Origin: Massalongia carnosa
Taxonomy: Eukaryota
NCBI GenBank assembly: GCA_965645245.1
Contig: OZ287072.1
Span: forward strand, 2,418,001 to 2,482,000
Length of the DNA stretch: 64,000 bases
Direction of reading: 5' to 3'
Part shown: positions 49,631-63,318 of the stretch, one piece after another
Layout of the letters: each line of letters begins with the position of its first letter
Position numbering within the stretch: the first letter of the stretch is position 1
Made by a program: the position numbers and the translations under genes
Notes under the pieces: model-generated
The model's database searches: none
Told to the model about the DNA's origin: nothing
Seen by the model: the letters and a program-made list of their open reading frames with translations, nothing else

Positions 49631-52600
49631 GATTCTCCTGTCGCGCTTGCAATGATTTCAATGTGAAGTTTTTATAAAACAGAGAAGGTATTAACTCTAA
49701 GGTATTATGATTGTAGGATAAGCTTTATTTGCAACAGATGAGACGATGTAAGACGATGATTTGGATTGAATGCTGGATACTACGATCCTTTTAATGCTGC
49801 GCTCCATCATGAAAAGATTATTCAGTCGCAAGGACTCAAGCTTCTGCGCCATGGTCCAGAGCAACAATAATAGAATGAGAAACAGATGTTCAACTCATGA
49901 ATACCATCTTCTCGAACTGAAATAGCATCATGCGTTATTGTTGAAAATCAAGATGAAAGCAACAGTCCACACATCATAACTATCTTGGTTCGAGTTTACC
50001 AGGCTGAGTTTATTATAAGACGATTATTAATAACTTTGTCTATTTTGAGTCTAATAACGGAAGATTCCGAGTTTGGATCGTGGTGGGGTAACTTAAAGTC
50101 GATCGTGATCAGATGCTTAGGGGGGTTTTTTGTCCTATCCGCACGACGTCTTTGACGATATAAACGATAATCTAACGCAGTTCATTGCGGATGTTTATTA
50201 GTCAACGACTTGCAGATTGAGATGTCTTAAATAAGTAAACACAAAGTTTTTATCCTTCTCCAAAGACATGTACTCCATAATCAAATGAATGGTATACTGT
50301 TTCATCTGATTGTGTAAGATCACTTCAAATCGCTTACTTTCAACTAGACAACCGAAGCAACGAGCTTGATGAATTGTCATCTTTATCCGTCTCGAATCAA
50401 AATCATGACGATGATCCTATTGAATACGATGACCAGGCCACATTAATTGGAAAGAGGCAATCCTACTGCATCAAGTTCAGGACAGCCTATAGCTCGCAGA
50501 GCATACTTCTGGATGATTTCTGCTATACTTTGCTTCTCTTTACCATCTCAATTCGTCGAGCCTCTGGCTTACAGCTCCGTGAGATAGGTACCATATTACG
50601 TGGATGGAGCGGTACTGCTTGACTTGAAAAATAAATGATGCCGGGCCGGGTTATTCATGGCAATGGCATGATATGTATCCAAGTCAACGATCGGGCATTG
50701 TATTGCGCGCGGAGGACTGGCGAATCTAGTATCTGCAACCTTGGTCGAACCTCGTACCTCGAGGACTTCTCGAAGAGTTATATTATCATGAAGTGCTGTA
50801 CATACCGGTCAATACAACAGTAGCAAAGATCACGATGCCTATTTTCAACTTTAAATCCTTCAATTTGGTCATTGATATAGCCACCTTGCCATCTGATATT
50901 GCAGAGAGTGTTAAGGGCGTTGGATTCCTGATTATCAGTACCCGCGATAACCCTATGCAGTTTAATCCGATCGAGGGGAACGTTGCGTTGTTGAAAAATA
51001 AACCGTGAAGGAGCTATGCATCGAAGTATCCCACTGAACTGATATTCGCCGGAGGAAAGTACGTTGCGGTTTTGGTTCAGAGAGTGATAGGGCCAAACTG
51101 TTCATCTGTTACGTCAACTTTTGGCCAGCTCCCAGTACCTGTTCCTTTACTGCTTACACTTTATTACATACAACAATAACGAGACAATCTGTTACGCATT
51201 CGCCAAGCCGAATGTCTAAATTAATAAAACGTGACAAGAATTAGCAATAACAAGGAGAATTTAATCAGCTCCGAGAACAAAATTATTGAAAAATTCAGTT
51301 TATAGTTGTTTTTCTTTTTTTCGAAACAAGAATTCTAATATCACGTTAGGGAGTCCCGGGATATCTCTATGTAGTTTCCACGAACTGGCGAAAGTATATA
51401 AAGATTTACTGATTAATGGAGTGCTGCTTTACACCCGCGCTAGCGACTATTTCAGCCAACTGCTCTCCTAGTATTCCTACATGTTCTCTCTCTGCTCTCT
51501 CCTGTTCTTTTTAAATTCTCTTATACTCCCCTCTCTTCTCCCTCTTGCCCCCTTTCCCCTACTATTGTTGTGATGTAGCCCTAGATTGCTTATTCGAGTA
51601 CTCAGGATTAGGACAAGCAGCTGGGGGCATGGAGCCTCGTCGAATGCAAGCAGATGGAGAGAGTATACATAATATACATAGACCACATAGCCTCAATGGA
51701 TTCTCACTTCCCAGCGGTCGCAGGCCTGTGATCTGAGGTTCGAGCGACGTGCAGCTGCCCCAGGGGCACTGGTTGCGCGCGATACTACCCCCCGACGACG
51801 CTGCAGCGGCTACGCCTATGATGGAGCGTGAAGCATGTGCTCGAGCGAGGAATCGAGTATTTTTCCCCACCCGACCTTCCCTTCACAACAATGGACCGAG
51901 AAATTGCCGAAGGTGTAGAGAAACTTGAAGTTCTATATGACCATCTCAAGTGTTCAGCTTCTTAGTTCATTATAATATGATCCTCTGCAGCTATATCGTA
52001 TTCCCCATTAGACTCCACAAGACCTACAATCTTCACATCATCCTACTACAAGGCGTAAAAGCAGTTGATGATGAAACTCGCAGAATTCGGAATTGCCTGG
52101 ATTGGGAAGTACGCTCGAGGAGGCATGCATCGTTCACATAATTGATAGATCATACATTAGATCCTTCTAAGCCATCTGCGAAATCTGGTTCGCCTTGCGG
52201 ATTTGGTCAATAAAAATTGTTGATGCTCGTCAGATGAGGAGCTTTGTGTCAACTTTAGTAGGTTAGTATTTTTATGCAATTTGAGAGTCTGCTGGCTTAC
52301 CTTTCCCGAGTTGTCAATTATTTCCCCCTCATTCAGCTTAAAAATCGCAAGATTGTCCATCGCAAGAAGGGTGGTTGAATGTTCGCTTCCCAGCGTCCTC
52401 TGACGTGCCTCCAACGTCGTTTGTCTCAATTTCATTGCCTCCTGTTTGCGTCCTAAATCGCTATAACTAATTGCAAGATTGTTCATCGTCCTGAGAGTGT
52501 CCGGATGTTCGCTTCCTAGCGTCCTCTGATGTGCTTTCAACACCGTTTCGTTCAATTCCATTGCCTCCTGTTTGCGTCCTAAATCGCTATAACTAATTGC

Positions 52601-53461
52601 AAGACTGTTCATCGTATAAAGAGTGTCCGAATGTTCACTTCCTAGCGTCCACTGACGTGCCTCCAACGTCGTTTGTCTCAATTTCATTGCCTCCTGTTTG
52701 CGTCCTAAATCGCTATAATTATTTGCAAGATTGTTCATCGTCCTGAGAGTGTCCGGATGTTCGCTTCTCACCGACCTCTGACGTGCCTCTAACACTTTTT
52801 TTCTCAATTTCATCGCCTCCTGCAGCCGGCCATTCTCATGAAACGCAATCGCAAACCCCTCCGCCACACTAACACGATTAAGCTCTGAGTATTCGTCAAG
52901 AAACGGCTTATCTCTGCAAAGACTTATGCAAGACTCGATATGAGGCAGCAAAGACCGTCGGAAGCGATAGTCGATTAGCGCATATTCCCAAGACATGGTA
53001 GCAGCTAGGGTGGAACTGGTTATTATCCAGGAACATCTCTGAAGCTCTTCCGAGAGTCGGTCTCTGGCCCACACATGTACCAAAGGATGCATTGACATGC
53101 GACGCCCCGTTTCATCAATCCTTTTAGTATCTCTCTTTGTACCTAAATTTATAAGTGAGAAAGACGCAAGAAGATCTGCCGCTTCTCGAATCATTGTTGG
53201 ATCCCAATCTCCTGCTTTTTGTTGAGGTTGCATGTAAAACATATGAATTATGTCTTGAGACGAGTCTCCTCTCCTATAGTTATTTCTCCACGCCTGCTCA
53301 AATATGTCTTCGGTAATCCCATCGTAATGCAAGAAGCTAAATATTCGAAGGAGTTCCATAGCATTATGAGAAGTCTCGTCACGCTTCTTCTCGATTGCTT
53401 CGATGGATATCTCCCAGGTCGTGTACACGCTATATTTGTAATCGGAGTTCGCTTGAACTGA
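48949..53461 (-). repeat. Arm B of a second inverted duplication (partner 59490 to beyond 64000)
   Basis: Mirrored coordinates sum to 112949-112951. ORF translations are identical or nearly so outside the 52768-53461 portion. Confidence 0.96.
50298..52081 (+). repeat. 1.8-kb repeat R1, containing a decayed plus-strand coding relic
   Basis: Direct copy at 55597-57380 (more diverged) and inverted copy at 60870-62652 (near-identical). Confidence 0.93.
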
Positions 53462-55371
53462 ACGATGCATTAGCAGTTTTTGCCGACGACGGGTGTACAC
53501 GTCACAGTATTCTTCGATGTTACAGAGACCCCGCCGTATATATGCGCCGGCTTGAGTGATTGCAAGCGCTAAAAATCCCAACGTCTGGATTACAGGCTTT
53601 GCCTTCCTTCGTGCATCCTCATCAGCAGTATCTTCCGCCCCAGCAGCTTTCAACAGAAGCGTCACGGCCTCGTCCATGTTCAGTTGTCCGAGCTCGCACG
53701 AGCCTACAGTTGAGTGGATCTTACAGTCAGGATTGCGAGTAGTGAGCAGGATGGAGCCTCTATTGCCTGTCGGAAAGAAGTCGGAGACGTCTAGAGACGG
53801 GTCATCGGCGTTGTCAATGATCAGCAGCCAGGGATCTTGAATATTTGACAACCATAGTCTTACAGCCTTAGGGTCCTCTCCCACTCCACACGTTCGAGAT
53901 ATTTCCAGAAACCCTTGTTGAGCTGTAATGTAGTTACTCGCATCGATCCAGAAGATGCCCCAAAACCTAACCTTCAGCATCAGTCCTGTAATAGACACAA
54001 GCCCGAAAGCTCTCGGGTTTAACCACTTACCTTTCCCGATAATCTTGAGCGAATTTAAGACAGGCTTGAGTCTTTCCTGAGCCTCCTAGGCCAAACAAAA
54101 CAAACCTTTTCTGCTTGGAAGGCATCTTTTCATTGTCGAAGGGTAAACACCCTTCAGAGATGTTTTGAATTAAGTCATCGCGGCCAGTAAATATCGTACT
54201 TAAGTTGAAAGGAACACAGTAATGTTTGTTATAGGACGAGACACTGCAAAGATCTAGATTCACATGAGCAAAATATATATGCAAAATCATTTTAAATGAG
54301 TACTTTGGTTGAATCTACGTACAGGATTTATTTGAAAGAATACTATCTTGTTCCTTTATCATCCTACGAACCCTCTTGAAAAGCTTCTCATACACCTCGT
54401 CCTCGCGCTCCATGAACTTGCACATCTCTTCGTGGTTTGCGTCCACTGGAATCTGTTCTTCTCCGTCGATCTCTAACAGTGCAGAATGTTTCTCCACGAT
54501 CTAGTAAAAATTGTTCTGTTGGTCAAGTTCATATTTATAAGCAAAGTTCTCATCTTGGTGCTTACTAAAGTAGTAAGCATCTTCATTGGCTTCATCTCGT
54601 AGAAGCTATACACCTGATATTTTGGTAGCTGAAATCTAAAGTTAGTCCTAAGTGACATCAATGCCTCACTGTTCACTTGCAAGGCATTGACAAGGCGTGG
54701 CGATGGTTTGTTCAGAACAGCCGTAGCAAGAGTTGCAAGGACCTTTCCGTATGCTGCTTTTTCGCTTCCCCGATGAGGAGTTCCTAGAAACACAATCCCG
54801 ATTGTGGACTCGCTGATGCTGTTGTATCGATGCTCAAGTTTTGCCTGAAACAGCGCCTGGATCACGCAACATTAGACACACGCCTCTCGATCAAACTTAG
54901 CACTGACTTGTTTAATCACTATTCCGCCGAGCGAATGTCCGACAAATATAATGGGACGGCGCAGCTCCTAAGAAATAGCTCAGCCTTAGCGTCTTCGGGA
55001 TCTAATGAATATCGGCAACCCACATCATCTTCCTCGCGCTTATCAATCAAACCGCTAATCAAACTCCTTGCATGATCTATGATATCTGCAGTGGTGTTCC
55101 CGAATGCCGCATCAGCATTGTATCCAAATGTCATGACCCGAGCATTAGGTACGTCGTGTGGAAGGAAGTCTTTGAGCCAGAAGGCATTCGTCTGACGGCT
55201 CGTCCAAGTGTTCTTCGGGTCTCCATTGAGGCCATGAACCGCAACGATACTGAGTAGAAGACGTAAGTATATCGGTATGTTACAGGAGCGGCGATGTATA
55301 AAGGCTCACTCAGCCTTGATGACCTCCGACTTCCCAGCGTCTTTTGATGGATATAAAACCCGTAAGCCCAT
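52157..55371 (-). CDS. NLR3: complete paralog with 4 TPR units
   Basis: Same exon layout at a constant 21361-bp offset from NLR2. GHSLGG, GLGGSGKT and WLLIIDNADD are intact and the native tail ...RRTRFRRWLRRI is present. Confidence 0.92.
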
Positions 55372-55596
55372 GTCGACGGCTTTTCAGACTCACATAGATC
55401 GTGCGTGTTGCTTCCGCTCTTTGCGTTTCAAAGCCAACGGCCGACCAAGTGTGAAAGACTCCGCGAACGTAACGGTTAATATGTTGACGAACATATTTTA
55501 GAACGAGGCTGAGCAGCTGAAGCCCAAAGTAGGCTCCAGCTATTACGCGAGCGGCTTTCCAACTTTGTGAAACGTCAACCGTATCAGAAGGGATAT

Positions 55597-57380
55597 TGTT
55601 TCATCTGATTGTGTGAGGTCACTTCAAATCGCATACTTTCAACTTGACAACCGAAGCAGCGAGTTTGATGAATTGTCATCTTCATCCGTCTCGAATCAAA
55701 ATCATGATGATGATCCTATTGAATACGATGACCAGGTCAAATTAATTGGAAAGAGGCAATCCTACTGCATCAAGTCCAGGACAGACTGTAGCTCGCAGAG
55801 CATACTTCGGGATGATTTCTGCTATACTTTGCTTCTATACCATCTCAATTCGTCGAGCCTCTGGGTTACAGCTCCGTAAGATAGGTACCATATTACGTGA
55901 ATGGAGCTGTACTGCTAGACTTGAAAATACTTGCTGCCGGGCCGGGTTGTTCATGGCAATGGTATATATAATATGTATCCAAGTCAGCGATCGGGCCCTG
56001 TGTTGCCCGCGGCAGGACTAACGAATCTAGTATCTGCAACCTTGGCCGAACCTCGTACCTCGAGGACTTCTCGAAGAGTTATATCATCATCGAATACTAC
56101 ACCGGTCAATACAACATTAGTAAATATCACGATGCCTGTTTTCAACTTAGAATCCTTCGATTGGGTCATTGATATAGCCGCCTTGCCTCCTGGTATTGTA
56201 GAGAGTGTTAAAGGCGCTGAATTCCTGAATATCAGTACCGGCGACAACCCTATGTAGTTTAATCCGATCGAGGGGAACGTTGCGTTGTTGAAAAATAAAC
56301 CGTGAAGAAGCCATGCGTCGAAGTATCCCACTGAACTGATATTCTCCGGAGGAAAGTACGTTGCGGTTTTGGTTGAGAGAGTGATAGGGCCAAACTGTTC
56401 ATCTGTTACGTCAACTTTTGGCCAGCTCCCAGTACCTGTTCCTTTACTGCTTACACTTTATTACATACAACAACAACGAGACAATCTGTTATGCATTCGC
56501 CAAGCCGAATGTCTAAATCAATAAAACGTGACAAGAATTCGCAATAACAAGGAGAATTTAATCAGCTCCGAGAACAAAATTATTGAAAAATTCAGTTTAT
56601 AGTTATTTTTCTTTTTTTCGAAACAAGAATTCTAGTATCACGTTAGGGAGTCCCGGGATATCTCTATGTAGTTTCCACGAACTGGCGAAAGTATATAAAG
56701 ATTTACTGATTAATAAAATGCTGCTTTACACCTGCGCTAGACACTATTTCAGCCAACTCCTCTCCTAGTGTTCCTTCATGTTCTCTCTCTGCTCTCTCGT
56801 GTCCTTTTTATACTCTCTTATACTCCCCTCTCTGCTCCCTCTTGCCTCCTTTCCCCTACTATTGTTGTGGTGTAGCCCTAGATTGCCTATTCGAGTACTC
56901 AGGGTTAGGGCAAGCAGCTGGGGGTATGGAGCCTCGTCGAATGCAAGCAGATGGAGAGAGCATACATAATATACATAGACCACATAGCCTCAATGGATTC
57001 TCACTTCCCAGCGGTCGCAGGCCTATGATCTGAGGTTCGAGCGACGCGCAGCTGCCCCAGGGGCACTGGTTGCGCGCGATACTACCCCCCCGACGACGCT
57101 GCAGCGGCTACGCCTATGATAGAGCATGAAGCATAAGCTTGAGTGAGGCATTGAGTGTTTCCCCCCACCCGACCTTCCCCTTCACACTAATGGACCGGGG
57201 AATTGCTGAAGGTGTGGAAAAACTTGAATTTATATATGACCATCTCAAGTGTTCAGCTTCTTAGTTCATTATAATGTGATACTCTGCAGCTATATCGTAT
57301 TCCCTATCAGACTCCACAAGACCTAAAATCTTCACATCATCTTACTACAAGGCGTAAAAGCAGTTGATGATGAAACTCGC
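55597..57380 (+). repeat. 1.8-kb repeat R2 (direct copy of R1)
   Basis: Runs from TGTTTCATCTGATT to GATGAAACTCGC, with parallel ORFs at an offset of about 5297 bp. Confidence 0.93.
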
Positions 57381-57532
57381 TCCGTCAAGAGACCTTTCTT
57401 AACAATATACCTTCCAGGTCCAACCCCCCTCCTCCCCCCAGCCCTGCTCGCCATGATCGGCTACCGGAAGCTGTTCCCACATTGAAAACCGGACGCTAAT
57501 TAACACCCTTCTACAGCTTAAGCCCATCTATT

Positions 57533-57793
57533 TGTTAGATGAGACAGCCATCCTATGTGCCGTGCCAGACGGCAACATAACGGCTTGGGAATAACGTCTC
57601 AAGTGATCCGCACACGGCTAGCTAATGAGGTGGTACGGCAGGGAGATTCAAGGCAAACCTGCCCTGCCGCTGTGCCTGCTCTTTATCTTATTCATCTCTC
57701 ATCTATCTAGCTATATAAACATAGTAGATAGCCACCTAGATAGAATAATCAATCCTTCCCACACATACTATTACCTACCTATTTAACTCAACA
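57533..57793. mobile_element. Solo LTR (261 bp)
   Basis: TGTT...AACA termini, 5-bp TSD CTATT (57528-57532 and 57794-57798), and an internal TATATAAA. Confidence 0.85.
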
Positions 57794-58353
57794 CTATTCA
57801 CCCCGGCCTGGCTGCAGAATATCATCCATGATGCGATATTGAACTAATTTATGCAGAGCCCAAAGTGTCCGGTGTCGACACGGGTGCTGGGGGCTAGGCA
57901 CAAGAGGTAGAAGGTAAAACCAGCAAACGAAGGACTTAGGGCCTCATTTGGGCAGTAGGAGCTCGTGACATTATGCAGGCTGCTTCCGTCGGTTCGGAGT
58001 GACGTGTCTTCCACGATACTCCGCCAGCAATGGGCCAAGACAGGCCCATGGACTGGGAGGCTGTCATTGAGGGCTATTTCCCGTTTATGGAAAGTTGATG
58101 TTTTCTGCCTCTGACCTCGCGCTTCAGCGACTGTGATGATTATCGGATGGATGATCGAGTCTGTCAGTGGTTGCCTGCAAGAGTGAGGGTTTGTATATGC
58201 TGAAGCAATTCATTTGGAGGCCCATATATACTGAAGCTGATACCCACGGTAGGTGGCCGTGATAGGCTATCGAGGACAGCACCAAGCAACTTGCGGCCCC
58301 GATATCCACAGCCTAATCCATGATTATTAAGTTGTGAACTTCAGAGACATTGT

Positions 58354-59489
58354 CTACCCAACCGGTCCGAGCTCATGAGGAATCCAAGTGCCGTCCGATT
58401 CCCAAGTTACAGGCTTTGTGAACTTTCCCACGGAACTTTCGAGCAAAAGCTCGTATTTCACATAAGCGAAACAGAAGTACTCGAGCTCCGCCTCTTTATA
58501 TCGCGTCCAAGTAAAAAAATCTTCGTCGTGATCTTCGGAGCCACGGAAGCGCTCGACATCGTTTACTAAAACGCTCATGCCATCGTATCCGCTTTGCATA
58601 TCACTCCATGAGAAGGTGATACTATTGTTGATGCTATCGATAATGGGCATAGCAATTTGGGGGATCGGACTGTTGAAGTCGTCCCCGAAAAATTCTCTGA
58701 GTGTTTACAGGATGCTATCGAAGCACTAGCGCGCGATTCCGTTGATGAACAAGCCCACGAGGAGGCCTTGGTATAAAAGACTTGGGCGTGTCTGCAGTGT
58801 TGTGCCCGGGAGGAGTAAAAGTGTCAACATATAATGATGGATTCGAACGTTCGTGTGCGGGATTGCCACCAGCGCTAGAATTAGCAGGCCAAGACAGGTG
58901 TAGAAAGTTAGATATCGAGGCATTCTACCTTCGATCCTAAACGCCCAGGCCTGGAAGATCGCAATGAGAAGGATAGCGAGGACAATTATTACCACGGTAG
59001 GTATTGGCCCTGGTTGCTGAAGGTCGTGGAGCGTCAGACGCTGGATGGCAGCCTCTCAAATGTGAGGTTACTGGACGCGCCAAGCCAACAACCTCCTAGC
59101 CATAGAATAGTCTTCTCAACTTGTGCGGTCAAGCGGTTGAGGCTGTGATGGATGCAAAAATGATAAATGAAAAGTCCAACGAATACTGCAGGGAGGAAGC
59201 CACGAAAGGCCCATGAGACGACGGACATTTAATCTTCAAAAGCAGGAGGATCCGATGCTAGTGGAACGAAGAAATATATCTGACAAACGAAGAACCAAAG
59301 AATACTGACGGTGACGTGGTAAATATGGACACCGTGACCGTGAAGAGCACTGTGATAACAAGCAGCCTCCACCGAGGATCGTTGCATTGAGCTGTATTCC
59401 CACTAGCGTCGTTCAAAAAGGTGAACGACAGGGGAAAGCTAGGGGTGAAATTAAGGCTCGAGATGCCGTTCGCTTCAATAGCTGGGAAC
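58354..59489 (-). pseudogene. Fungal LCCL-domain membrane protein, 3' half only
   Basis: Family-like motifs NGISSLNFTPSFPLSFTF..C.DPRW.LL, TAQVEKTILWLGGCW, RIHHY.L.LLLLPGT.LQTRPSLLYQGLLVGLFINGIAR and SVLVNDVERFRG. It has stops and frameshifts and is cut at the NLR4 junction. Confidence 0.8.
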
Positions 59490-60794
59490 TCAGTTCAAGC
59501 GAGCTCCGATTATAAATATAGCGTGTACACGACCTGGGAGATCTCCATCGAAGCAATCGAGAAGAGGCGTGACGAGACTTCTCATAATGCTATGGAACTC
59601 CTTCGAATATTTAGCTTCTTGCATTACGATGGGATTACCGAAGACATATTTGAGCAGGCGTGGAGAAATAACTATAGGAGAGGAGACTCGTCTCAAGAAA
59701 TAATTCATATGTTTTACATGCAACCTCAACAAAAAGCAGGAGATTGGGATCCAACAATGATTCGAGAAGCGGCAGATCTTCTTGCGTCGTTCTCACTTAT
59801 AAATTTAGGTAGAGAGAGCGATACCAAAAGGGTTGACGAAACGGGGCGTCGCATGTCAATGCATCCATTGGTACATGTGTGGGCCAGAGACAGACTTTCG
59901 GAAGAGCTTCAGAGATGTTCCTGGATAACAACCAGTTTCACCCTAGCTGCTACCATGTCTTGGGAATATGCGCTGACCGACTATCGCTTCCGAAGGTCTT
60001 TGCTGCCTCATATCGAGTCTTGCATAAGTCTTCGCAGAGATAAGCCGTTTCTTGACAAATACTTAGAGCTCAATCGTGTTAGTGTGGCAGAGGAGTTTGT
60101 GTTGGCGTTTCGTGAGAATGGCCGGCTGCAGGAGGCAATGGAATTGGGAGAAAAGGTGTTGAAGGCACGTCAGAGGACGCAGGGAAGCGAACATCCGGAC
60201 ACTCTCAGGACGATGAACAATCTTGCAAATAATTATAGCGATTTAGGACGCAAACAGGAGGCAATGAAATTGAGACAAACGACGTTGGAGGCACGTCAGT
60301 GGACGCTAGGAAGTGAACATTCGGACACTCTTTATACGATGAACAGTCTTGCAATTAGTTATAGCGATTTAGGACGCAAACAGGAGGCAATGGAATTGAA
60401 CGAAACGGTGTTGAAAGCACATCAGAGGACGCTAGGAAGCGAACATCCGGACACTCTCAGGACGATGAACAATCTTGCAATTAGTTATAGCGATTTAGGA
60501 CGCAAACAGGAGGCAATGAAATTGAGACAAACGACGTTGGAGGCACGTCAGAGGACGCTGGGAAGCGAACATTCAACCACCCTTCTTGCGATGGACAATC
60601 TTGCGATTTTTAAGCTGAATGAGGGGGAAATAATTGACAACTCGGGAAAGGTAAGCCAGCAGACTCTCAAATTGCATAAAAATACTAACCTACTAAAGTT
60701 GACACAAAGCTCCTCATCTGACGAGCATCAACAATTTTTATTGACCAAATCCGCAAGGCGAACCAGATTTCGCAGATGGCTTAGAAGGATCTAA
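59490..60794 (+). pseudogene. NLR4: headless paralog (late NB-ARC/winged-helix region, 4 TPR units and tail)
   Basis: Homology starts abruptly at TCAGTTCAAGCG (SVQA). It lacks the hydrolase and Walker A/B, but the reading frame is still open to the native stop. Confidence 0.9.
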
Positions 60795-63318
60795 TGTATG
60801 ATCTATCAATTATGTGAACGATGCATGCCTCCTCGAGCGTACTTCCCAATCCAGGCAATTCCGAATTCTGCGAGTTTCATCATCAACTGCTTTTACGCCT
60901 TGTAGTAGGATGATGTGAAGATTGTAGGTCTTGTGGAGTCTAATGGGGAATACGATATAGCTGCAGAGGATCATATTATAATGAACTAAGAAGCTGAACA
61001 CTTGAGATGGTCATATAGAACTTCAAGTTTCTCTACACCTTCGGCAATTTCTCGGTCCATTGTTGTGAAGGGAAGGTCGGGTGGGGAAAAATACTCGATT
61101 CCTCGCTCGAGCACATGCTTCACGCTCCATCATAGGCGTAGCCGCTGCAGCGTCGTCGGGGGGTAGTATCGCGCGCAACCAGTGCCCCTGGGGCAGCTGC
61201 ACGTCGCTCGAACCTCAGATCACAGGCCTGCGACCGCTGGGAAGTGAGAATCCATTGAGGCTATGTGGTCTATGTATATTATGTATACTCTCTCCATCTG
61301 CTTGCATTCGACGAGGCTCCATGCCCCCAGCTGCTTGTCCTAATCCTGAGTACTCGAATAAGCAATCTAGGGCTACATCACAACAATAGTAGGGGAAAGG
61401 GGGCAAGAGGGAGAAGAGAGGGGAGTATAAGAGAATTTAAAAAGAACAGGAGAGAGCAGAGAGAGAACATGTAGGAATACTAGGAGAGCAGTTGGCTGAA
61501 ATAGTCGCTAGCGCGGGTGTAAAGCAGCACTCCATTAATCAGTAAATCTTTATATACTTTCGCCAGTTCGTGGAAACTACATAGAGATATCCCGGGACTC
61601 CCTAACGTGATATTAGAATTCTTGTTTCGAAAAAAAGAAAAACAACTATAAACTGAATTTTTCAATAATTTTGTTCTCGGAGCTGATTAAATTCTCCTTG
61701 TTATTGCTAATTCTTGTCACGTTTTATTAATTTAGACATTCGGCTTGGCGAATGCGTAACAGATTGTCTCGTTATTGTTGTATGTAATAAAGTGTAAGCA
61801 GTAAAGGAACAGGTACTGGGAGCTGGCCAAAAGTTGACGTAACAGATGAACAGTTTGGCCCTATCACTCTCTGAACCAAAACCGCAACGTACTTTCCTCC
61901 GGAGAATATCAGTTCAGTGGGATACTTCGACGCATAGCTCCTTCACGGTTTATTTTTCAACAACGCAACGTTCCCCTCGATCGGATTAAACTGCATAGGG
62001 TTATCGCGGGTACTGATAATCAGGAATCCAACGCCCTTAACACTCTCTGCAATATCAGATGGCAAGGTGGCTATATCAATGACCAAATTGAAGGATTTAA
62101 AGTTGAAAATAGGCATCGTGATATTTGCTACTGTTGTATTGACCGGTATGTACAGCACTTCATGATGATATAACTCTTCGAGAAGTCCTCGAGGTACGAG
62201 GTTCGACCAAGGTTGCAGATACTAGATTCGCCAGTCCTCCGCGCGCAATACAATGCCCGATCGTTGACTTGGATACATATCATGCCATTGCCATGAATAA
62301 CCCGGCCCGGCATCATTTATTTTCAAGTCAAGCAGTACCGCTCCATCCACGTAATATGGTACCTATCTCACGGAGCTGTAAGCCAGAAGCTCGACGAATT
62401 GAGATGGTAAAGAGAAGCAAAGTATAGCAGAAATCATCCAGAAGTATACTCTGCGAGCTACAGGCTGTCCTGAACTTGATGCAGTAGGATTGCCTCTTTC
62501 CAATTAATGTGGCCTGGTCATCGTATTCAATAGGATCATCGTCATGATTTTGATTCGAGACGGATAAAGATGACAATTCATCAAGCTCGTTGCTTCGGTT
62601 GTCTAGTTGAAAGTAAGCGATTTGAAGTGATCTTACACAATCAGATGAAACAGTATACCATTCATTTGATTATGGAGTACATGTCTTTGCAGAAGGATAA
62701 AAACTTGTGTTTACTTATTTAAGACATCTCAATCTGCAAGTCGTTGACTAATAAACATCCGCAATGAACTGCGTTAGATTATCGTTTATATCGTCAAAGA
62801 CGTCGTGCGGATAGGACAAAAAACCCCCCTAAGCATCTGATCACGATCGACTTTAAGTTACCCCACCACGATCCAAACTCGGAATCTTCCGTTATTAGAC
62901 TCAAAATAGACAAAGTTATTAATAATCGTCTTATAATAAACTCAGCCTGGTAAACTCGAACCAAGATAGTTATGATGTGTGGACTGTTGCTTTCATCTTG
63001 ATTTTCAACAATAACGCATGATGCTATTTCAGTTCGAGAAGATGGTATTCATGAGTTGAACATCTGTTTCTCATTCTATTATTGTTGCTCTGGACCATGG
63101 CGCAGAAGCTTGAGTCCTTGCGACTGAATAATCTTTTCATGATGGAGCGCAGCATTAAAAGGATCGTAGTATCCAGCATTCAATCCAAATCATCGTCTTA
63201 CATCGTCTCATCTGTTGCAAATAAAGCTTATCCTACAAGCATAATACCTTAGAGTTAATACCTTTACTGTTTTATAAAAACTTCACATTGAAATCATTGC
63301 AAGCGCGACAGGAGAATC

